64,000 nucleotides of DNA, taken from positions 17,608,001-17,672,000 of the forward strand of contig OX597839.1 in assembly GCA_951406725.2 (NCBI GenBank), in the 5' to 3' direction. Of the stretch, positions 54,791 through 64,000 are shown piece after piece. A program made the translations under genes and the position numbers. This DNA comes from Octopus vulgaris (Eukaryota). The stretch's first letter is position 1. Every line of letters starts with the position of its first letter. Below the pieces are notes generated by a model. The model had not been told where the DNA came from and made no database searches. It saw nothing but the letters and a program-made list of their open reading frames with translations.

Positions 54791-55112
54791 GTCAAGAGGT
54801 GCAGCAACATCAAAGGAAGATTAACTGAGAAGAGAGCTTTTGTGTACAGCAGATGCACAGGGGCAATAGACACCACAGATGCTCAGAAAACAGATTCCAT
54901 CACACTCCATTGGGAGAAACTAGAAGTAGCTGATAGCTTCTGCTACCTAGGTGACCAAGTTAGTAGTGGGGTGGATGCTCAGAGAGTGTTACCACTAGAA
55001 TAAAAATAGCCTGGGTAAAGTTTAGAAAGCTTCTACCCCTACTGGTGGCAAAGGGTCTCTCGTGTAGAGTGAAAGGTAGATTGTATGATGCATGTGTGCG
55101 AACTGCCATGCA
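54791..55112 (+). mobile_element. Internal RTE LINE RT fragment (frameshifted)
   Basis: KRCSNIKGRL...EKLEVADSFCYLGDQVSSG, then RVKGRLYDACVRTAM; homologous to 3655-3865. Confidence 0.88.
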
Positions 55113-55423
55113 CATTTGAAAATCCAGGATATACAAACAACACAGTAATATTTCCGCTGTGGAGTGTGTGTGTATGTATATATATATATATATATACTTC
55201 GAAACGCAGAGTAGATGAAACCATGGCGACTGAAGAAGGGGTTTTTTCTTTGTGTTAATTGTCCTGTACTCTATTTTTTTGTTGTTTAAAAAAATGTCTA
55301 TGTTTTCATTTCTCATTGTGTTTGACGTTTTTTTGGCATCCTGTACTCATATATGCGTGTATATATACATATAGAGGTAGGTACATAGATATATGTATAT
55401 ATATATGCATATGTTTTTATTTA

Positions 55424-55460
<37 letters not shown>

Positions 55461-56044
55461 TATTGCTTCAAAAGTTTACTTTTGTCTGAACAACAGTTAT
55501 GTAAAACTTAAAGTATTAATGGTTTTTGAAGTCTTTCAGTTTCAATATAATACTATGTATTTAACTTTACCTATGGTATTTGAATACTTTTCTCTCTATC
55601 TTCTTTTACCCTTATATGCTAGCACACACACACTTAAAAATGTAGGAAAAAACTTTTCAAATATAAGTGAAGTGGAAGTATACAAAAATGAACATTATTT
55701 TCCATCTCGCTGTTAGTTTTGTTTCACTTTGAAAAACAAAAATTTATTTCATGGTTTATTATTGTTTATATTTTGAATTGCATATATATATGGTGACACC
55801 AAAATCTTTTACGTGCATAGAGCCTCTATGGGTCTTAATCTGGACCTGACTATAGTACCACCACCACCATCACCAATATCACCATTACATCACCAACACT
55901 ACCATCATTCATCCACATCATTAATACTACCAAATCCAACATCACCACCACTATCATCGTCATCACCACCATCACTAACACCAACATCAACACCACCACA
56001 AACATCACCTTTCTCATTATCACTGACATCATTACTATCAATAT

Positions 56045-56278
56045 CTGTTTTTTTATTACCCACAAGGGGCTAAACATAGAGGGGACAAACAAGGACAGAC
56101 AAACGGATTAAGTCAATTACATCGACCCCAGTGCGTAACTGGTACTTAATTTATCAACCCCGAAAGGATGAAAGGCAAAGTCGACCTCGGCGGAATTTGA
56201 ACTCAGAACGTAATACGGCAGACGAAATACGGCTACGCATTTCGCCCGGTGTGCTAACGTTTCTGCCAGTTCGCTGCC
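56045..56278 (-). mobile_element. SINE family E, young CpG-rich copy inserted in an (ACC/ATC) tract
   Basis: The minus strand reads ggcagcgaactggcagaaacgttagcac...gagttcaaattccgccgaggtcgactttgcctttcatcctttcggggttgataaattaagtacc. Decayed relatives lie at about 10095, 18580, 53325, 53615 and in tandem at 60115-60770. Confidence 0.88.
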
Positions 56279-57313
56279 GTCATTACTATCAATATCCTCA
56301 TCACAGTGGCTACCAGCAACACCACAATCACCCCCATCAGCAGAACTACCAACAACAACCCCACCATTATCATAATTACCACAAACACAAATACCACCCC
56401 AATCACTAGTAATATTATCATTACTGTAATGGTTACCATCAACACCATGAGCACTGTTACCAGTACCACCACAACCATCACCATCAAAATCACTTCCACT
56501 GCCACCATAGTAACCCCACCAACACCCCTATGAGCACTATTTCCACCACTATCACCACCGTCAACATCATTCTCTCTTTTGATTTAATATACTTGTGTTA
56601 ATTTGTAGGATTTGTCTGGACGACATCTGTTACCATATCAACTGCACAACAGATGTGTAATTACATTATCTGGACTGGAAACATGTGTAAATACAAATAT
56701 AGATTTATAGAAGGATGCTCTCCTTAGCAATAAGCACTCGACCATTAATTGAAAGTGTTATCTATTTGTTTGCTGACTTTACTGAAGAGCAAAGCAATGT
56801 GACCTTACCTAAGAAAATAAAGCAATTGGTATGGCGTAGTTTATTTGAACTCATTAGTGTTAATATAAGCCACTATGTTCACCACAAAACTATTATATCT
56901 ATTGTTTATGTATGATTTTATCTTCTCTTGAAGTGCCGTAGCAGTTAATAAAATCAATTTATTCTGTTAATGATACAATAGTACTTCTAAGAAATGGTGA
57001 ACCCCTACTTGTGCTCTTCCTGTTATGTTAGACTGTATTTTTATGATCCAAAAGTATTATTTGCTTTTACATGTAATTTGGCTTTTATGATTCATTGGTA
57101 ATGTTGTATAATACACATTATGGAATTGTTATCTAAGGAATATTGAGTAAGTGCAGTTGTCAGTAAGATCGGTGTTTTCTATTAAAACCCCAGGCAGCCC
57201 AAAGTTCTATGAGTGGATTTGTTACACAGAAACAGAAAGAATCTCATCATGTATGTATGTATGTATGTATGTATGTATGTATGTATGTATGTATGTATGT
57301 ATGTATGTATGTA

Positions 57314-57367
<54 letters not shown>

Positions 57368-57609
57368 GTATGTATGTATGTATGCATGCACACTACTCTC
57401 TCCTTACCTTGACTTCATTTGATACATTGTGAATGAATGTCACTATCATGCAAATAGTGTCCCTCATTCCCAGTCTTCCGTGAAAATATGTCTGGTCTTG
57501 GGGAAATATTACCTTGCTTAGAAATAGGTGAGGGTTGGCAATACAAAGGACATCGGGTCATAGCAAATCTACCTCAGCAATCTTATACAACCATGAAAAA
57601 TTGGACATT

Positions 57610-57742
57610 AACCTTTAGCATGCTGAAGGTAAATCATGTTGCTGTATGAGTTTTCTCCCCTGTAGCTGCAGGCATATTGTGTCACATTGAGAGGGAAAAA
57701 ACTCAAATGGCAACATGATTTACCTTCGGTGTGCTAAAGGTT
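57610..57742. mobile_element. Short hairpin MITE, possibly piggyBac-type (TTAA at the left junction)
   Basis: aacctttagcatgctgaaggtaaatcatgttgc pairs with gcaacatgatttaccttcggtgtgctaaaggtt; the stem extends about 50 bp. Confidence 0.75.
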
Positions 57743-58118
57743 GAATGGTGCTTAGGATTGATCTGTAATAACTTTGACATGTTATTATAGTATGATTTTG
57801 TTCTTTTATTTTATCTACTTCTGGAGTGTACATGGGTTGTAAGGTGCAATATAGCCAACAGTTATATTGGGGGATTTTTCTTTTTTGCATTTTCCTGTTC
57901 TTGCAAGTTACTTGGCAACCTTACTAGTGTCAGTGATGTGAGAAAAGTACATACTATAAAGAAGAGCATCCAGCTGTAGAAATGAAGCCAAAGCTGACAT
58001 TGGAATTCAATGTGGCTCTGCTGCTCACCAGATCCTGTCAAACTGTCCAACCCATGCCAGCATGGAAATGAACATTGAATGATGATGATGATAACATAGC
58101 ATTGATTTTAACAATGTA

Positions 58119-58338
58119 TACTCTTTACTCTCTCTTTTCCTCTTTTACTTGTTTCAGTCATTTAACTGTGGCCATGCTGGAGCGCCGCCTTTAGTCGAGC
58201 AAATCGACCCTAGGACTTTATTCTTTGTAAGTCTAGTACTTATTCTATCGGCCCCTTTTTGCTGAACTGCTAAGTTATGGGGCCGTAAATACACCAGCAT
58301 CGGTTGTCATGCAATGTTGGGGGTGGACAAAGACAGAT

Positions 58339-58395
<57 letters not shown>

Positions 58396-58532
58396 TATGT
58401 ACGACGGGCTTCTTTCAGTTTCCGTCTACCAAATCCACTCACAAGGCTTTGGTTGGCCCGAGGCTATAGTAGAAGGCACTTGCCCAAGGTGCCATGCAGT
58501 GGGACTGAACCTGGAACCATGTGGTTGGTAAG
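58119..58532 (-). mobile_element. SINE family A, missing the first ~30 nt
   Basis: Reverse complement of 42195-42578. Confidence 0.92.
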
Positions 58533-60114
58533 GTATGTTTCGCTTGTTTAATTAAGGAAGCCATCTTATTCATTGACCTACAGTATAAATGACTGAGTAT
58601 TCCACAGTGCATAAGTATAAGTGAACAGTTGAGTAGTTTGCTTCATATTCACAAGATTCTGGGCTTGGGCTCAACCTCACCTCATTGCCCAGAGCCTTCT
58701 GCCAAAATCTTCTGTCATAGCCTGAGATCAAAGAAATTAGGTCAACAGAAGCTGAAGGATTCAAAATGTCCTTTGAATTATTCTGCTTGAAGTATTATGT
58801 GAAGGGCACAAGTGTCTGTGGAATACTCAGCCACGTGTACCATAACAGAAGACAGATGACTTTACCTTAGTTTGTCTCACTCATAAAGTCACACAGAGTC
58901 TATGGCCCCGAGCTAACCAATGCCTTGTCCAACTAAATTCTTCAAGGTGATGCCTCAGCATGGTCAAAATCCAATGACCAAAGCAAGTAAAAGGTAAAAA
59001 CCTCAACGTGTTTATCTAGAGTCATATTGTTTAAAATGTTTTGTTATGTGTGAAGGCCCTGTGGCCAATAAAGATATGATGATGATGACAATGATGATGA
59101 TGATCATCATCATTGTCATAATCATTGTAATCAGTCATCTATGTTCTTTAAAAATCAATACTTTCCATGCAAGATTGTTATTTAACTGACATAGTTGCCT
59201 TCAAATATTTTTACTTAAAATTCTAATTCTTAATTTTTCATTCATTTTTGCCCTGAAATTAAAAACGATATTTGTAAAATACATTCTTCAGATGTTTGAG
59301 AAAGGAGGGGAAAAAATATTTTGTGGAATTCCAAGTTAATATTTAAATTTCATTACTTTGCAGAAAGATTATAGATGTTTTTTGATCAGATCTAATTCAA
59401 ATTTTCAGGAAAATAAAATGCCTATGTCGACCATATAATTTTCTGGCGTTAATTAACGCAAATCATTTGAATTTCACAAAGTTAGTTTTTGATTTTTTTT
59501 TGTATTTTTTTCCAAAAGTATCTAATTAGAACATTTTGATGTTTTGTTTCTGATTTTTCAATTTATTAGAAAATCTCTAAATAATAATATGTAAATGTTA
59601 TTTAACTTGTTTGTAAATATAAGTATCTACTTTGTATCTTCATTCTTTCATAATTTAGTCATATATTCGTGACAACTTTCAGTTACTCAACTATCTAACA
59701 TAAGCTTTTTCTTCATGATGCCCTCTCAACTTTGAAATATAGTAGGTTCAGAGAGAAATGAAATGTTTTGGTCATAAGGTCAATACATTCATTTCATGAT
59801 CACATGGTTTAGAGTTTGGCCCCCCTTAGTGTGTCACATTGGTCACTTTTACCACATTCAAAAGCAGTAGATGTAAACAAAAGGAGATAAAATACAAATT
59901 CTTTAATAAAGTTTTTTGGCAACACATGACAATCACTGAACAAATTAGTACATCTCTACATGGTCATTCAACCAACTACTATTACTAGTGCTGCATTGCC
60001 TGATGATAAACACCATCAACTACTTGTCTCCAGAATTCTCTCTCCTGCATTATTTTTGGTAGGTCACTCTTCAGTAGACCAGAGTCTTCAACCAGTTAGT
60101 TAATAAATGTGTTG

Positions 60115-60770
60115 GTAGTTGAGGACTGGGGTCGATGTAATTGACTACTCCGCTTCCTTAAAATTTCAGGCTTGTACCTATGGTAGAAAAGATTATCATT
60201 ATCATCATCATCGTTATTATTATGGTGGTGAGCTGGTAGAATCGTTAGCACACCAGGCAAAATTCTTAGTGGCATTTAGTCTGTCTTTACTTTCTGAGTT
60301 TAAATACCACTGAGGTTGACTTTGCCTTTCATCCTTTCAGGGTCAATAAATTAAGTACCAGTGAAACACTGGGGTCAATGTAATTCACCAGTTCCTTCCC
60401 CAAAAATTTCAAGCCTTGTGCCTGTAGTATATTATTATCATCATCATCATTATTATTATATTCTGAGTTCAAATGCTGCCAAGGTCAACTTTGCCTTTCA
60501 TCTTTTCAGGGTCAATAAAATAAGTACCAGGGTTGATGTAACTGACTTAGACCCACCCCCAAACTTGCTGGCCTTGTGCCAAAATTTGAAACTTTTATGA
60601 TTGTTGTTGTTGTGTGCTGACAGAATCATAAACATGTCAAAACAAAATTCTTAGTAAAAGCATTTCTCCTGGTTCTTTATATTCTGAGTCCAAGTACTGG
60701 GGGTCAATGTAATCAACTAATTCCTTCTCCTAAAATTGCTGATCTTGTGCCTAAATTAGAAACAATTATT
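60115..60770 (+). repeat. Tandem cluster of 3-4 partial SINE family E copies
   Basis: Repeated ctggggtcaatgtaat...cttgtgcc and ttctgagtt...actttgcctttcatc blocks separated by (ATT/CAT)n. Confidence 0.75.
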
Positions 60771-61390
60771 ATTATTGATAAAATTTTACAGGACTCTGAT
60801 CACAGAATACTTTCCACCAGGATTACCTAATGATTCAAAAGTGCTTTTTATTCATTTTAATCAACAAAAAGTTCTTTGAATATTTGAACTTCCTCTCTGT
60901 TGCCATGGTTGAGGAAAAAACAATTCAACCTTAAGGACTTTTACTGAGTATTTATAAAGTATGCCAGTACCCATTTTGCTTTGTTTATTTGTTGTTTAAT
61001 ATGGCCTACCTATTATAGTAGTGGGAGGAGGTGCATGTTACAAAGACAGTAGCAGTAAATTCAACCCCTTCTCATCACTTTGCCCAAATTTTTGAAATAT
61101 ATAAACAAAATTTTAAATAAAGATAAACAAAAAAAATTAGAGACTCAGCTATGGTTGTGTGGTTAAGAAGCTTTCTTTGCAACCACATGGCTTTAGGTTC
61201 AGTCCCACCCTGCACTACTTTGGATAATTGTCTTCAACTATAGCTGTGGCTGACCAATGTCTTGTGAGTGACTTTTGTAGATTGTAACTTTTGTGAAACT
61301 CATCGTATATGTGTGTGTGTATGCGTATGTGTGTGTGTGTGTATATATATATATATACATACACATACACTCACATGTATATACACACTC

Positions 61391-61449
<59 letters not shown>

Positions 61450-61494
61450 CTCAGATATATATACACATACACTCACACGTATATACACACTCAG

Positions 61495-61534
<40 letters not shown>

Positions 61535-61797
61535 ATACACACTACACACACTTCTTCCTATTGGTCACTTCTGCCACACACACCAAAAACATGTGATGGC
61601 AAAGCAAACTCGTTAATCATATAGCCATACCTGTATACTAATTAATTGAAATTTTAAAAATTCGATGTAGGTAATGTGATAAGAGTAAGATGTGATTTTG
61701 TCTGATCTTTGCTAGACCTCAGTGACAACAGAGTAAAACAAGTTCATTGCCAGATTACGAGTTAACATGCATAGCGTTTCTTTTCCTCTTTTCACAG

Positions 61798-61839
61798 CCT
61801 CATATTGACATGTATGAGACAGTGAAACGTTACTACTAA
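61798..61839 (+). CDS. Candidate alternative terminal exon (PHIDMYETVKRYY*)
   Basis: Strong acceptor tttcttttcctcttttcacag, branch-like gttaac at 61761, in frame with the phase-0 FoxJ2/3 donor, and AATAAA near 61916. No homology support. Confidence 0.2.
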   Translation, partial: PHIDMYETVKRYY

Positions 61840-62206
61840 CATTACTACTATTATTAATGAATGAATTAATTAATGAATGAATTAATGAATGAAGTATCTC
61901 AGCAATTCTAATTAGAATAAAGAGAATGAAAAAAATATGGGAACAAAATAAAACTGATATGAACTGAATATCAAACTCTCTCCCCTTTTAACAACTTTTA
62001 ATTAATTTGTGCTTTGATATTTATAAAAATGTTGTCTTAATGATGATGCTCTGTTGATTACAGTAATTAATATGCCCGTATTTTTAATTTATTTTCTTTT
62101 TTCTTTTGCCTATATTGCAGCTTGCAACTTTTTATTTATTTTTTTTTGTATCACACACACCTACTCATCTCTCTCAATCTCTGTAACATACACATATCTA
62201 TAAACA

Positions 62207-62257
<51 letters not shown>

Positions 62258-62260
62258 TTT

Positions 62261-62302
<42 letters not shown>

Positions 62303-62379
62303 CCCATATATATATGTGTGTGTGGTTTTAAACATCTAAATATACTGGAAACAACATAATCAGTATCTAGATGTATTAA

Positions 62380-62380
62380 T

Positions 62381-62429
<49 letters not shown>

Positions 62430-62436
62430 CAGCAGC

Positions 62437-62492
<56 letters not shown>

Positions 62493-62493
62493 C

Positions 62494-62542
<49 letters not shown>

Positions 62543-62545
62543 ATA
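62380..62545. repeat. (GTA)n trinucleotide microsatellite with duplicated gcagaa interruptions
   Basis: Seen directly in the sequence. Confidence 0.97.
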
Positions 62546-63304
62546 ATGCATATATGTGGGTGTATGTGTGTGTATATTTATATTTATACATATATATATA
62601 TATATATATAGCAGTTTATGAAACATACACGAAGAGAAAACCACCATGTAGATTCCTTACATGCTAAAAATGGCAGTCAAAGCCTAAAAGCATGAAAGAA
62701 TATTCTTAGATTAAAGCACGTTGATTTGTATGCAAGCAAGACATTTGAGTGAATAAAATACAGTAAACCTTATACTTTTTTGTTTTTAATAAGTTTTGCT
62801 ATTACTGACCAAATAAAACAATATTTGGTTAGTAATATTACTTAAGATTTTGTAAATTGTACTAATTGATATTTCTCCAAATAACATGCCCGTAAATTAA
62901 TTACATTAATATACTTACTGATATATTATAAAGACCAACCACCTCATGTCTGTAATGGGATTGACCAAAGTTCAACCAGATCAAATGTAGTATAGAATAT
63001 GACGAATATTATTCTCAGAATTTTATTTGGCAGCACTGACAGACATTGGAAGTAGAAACGGCTGTTAGATGAAATAAAGATTTGCATTAAAGCATAATAA
63101 TCGTAGTCAATTTGTTTGCTTAATTTAAATTTGATTCCTGATAAACTCTTGTTTATTTTTATTATTCCCTGTATCCTATGAGCATAATATGCTTGCATAT
63201 GTATGCCCAGGGTTAACATAGGTAATTTATACCGGTAGTAAGTTAGACGGTTACTCCAACCGCTAACTCTACTAACCTATATATATATATATATACGTAT
63301 GTAT

Positions 63305-63639
63305 ATCAGCCAGGATCCCTGGTCTGGTGGTACGTAAAAAGCACTATCCGACTCGTGGCCGATGCCAGCACCGCCTCGACTGGCTTCCATGCCGGTGGCA
63401 CATAAAATACACCAATCCGACCGTGGCCGTTGCCAGCCTCGCCTGGCATCTGTGCAGGTGGCACGTAAAAAGCACCCACTACACTCACGGAGTGGTTGGC
63501 GTTAGGAAGGGCATCCAGCTGTAGAAACATTGCCAGATAAGACTGGAGCCTGGTGCAGCCTTCTGGCTTCCCAGATCCCCGGTCGAACCGTCCAACCCAT
63601 GCTAGCATGGAGAACGGACGTTAAATGATGATGATGATG

Positions 63640-63645
<6 letters not shown>
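63305..63645 (+). mobile_element. RTE LINE 3' UTR copy inserted in (TA)n of a tandemly duplicated unit
   Basis: Matches 5280-5657 and has a (GAT)n tail. Confidence 0.9.
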
Positions 63646-63690
<45 letters not shown>

Positions 63691-63818
63691 ATTTATACAT
63701 ATTATATGTATGTATATATGTATAGTTTCCAAATTTTCCTATTTTATATAGAAAATAATATTCTTATCCCTTAGACAGTTATTCCAACTGCTTAACTCTA
63801 CTAACCTATATATATATG

Positions 63819-63869
<51 letters not shown>

Positions 63870-64000
63870 TTATACATATTATATGTATATATGTGTGTGT
63901 AGTTTGCAAATTTTCATATTTTATATAGAAAATAATTTTCTCATGTTTTGCTTAAAACATAACAATGGATCAAAACAAGCAAGACAGAGGGGGAAATATA

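Overview
This is AT-rich eukaryotic DNA saturated with microsatellites. The repeat content (tRNA-derived SINEs, RTE and CR1-type LINE remnants, long (TA)n tracts) points to a coleoid cephalopod, most likely Octopus; that assignment is an inference. The only confidently identified host coding sequence is one 81-nt, phase 0-0 exon on the + strand (54215-54295, GSYWAIDNNPSDDPVPSRQKRRRLNER), matching the C-terminal end of a FoxJ2/3 forkhead domain plus a basic patch. I could not find the preceding forkhead exons, so most of the window is probably intron of that gene. The intron holds a decayed mariner with TIRs, a non-autonomous Helitron, RTE and CR1-like LINE fragments, at least five SINE families, several fold-back elements, and short (TA)n-flanked inserts with hammerhead-ribozyme-like cores. 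The most unusual observation is a gap-free 86-bp-arm hairpin at 3998-4172 in which 21 of 25 arm mismatches would be G:U pairs on the minus strand. That is the pattern expected if an ADAR-hyper-edited RNA was reverse-transcribed back into the genome. Nearly all ORFs in the supplied track are microsatellite or SINE artefacts. All alignments and counts were done by eye, and repeat boundaries are approximate.
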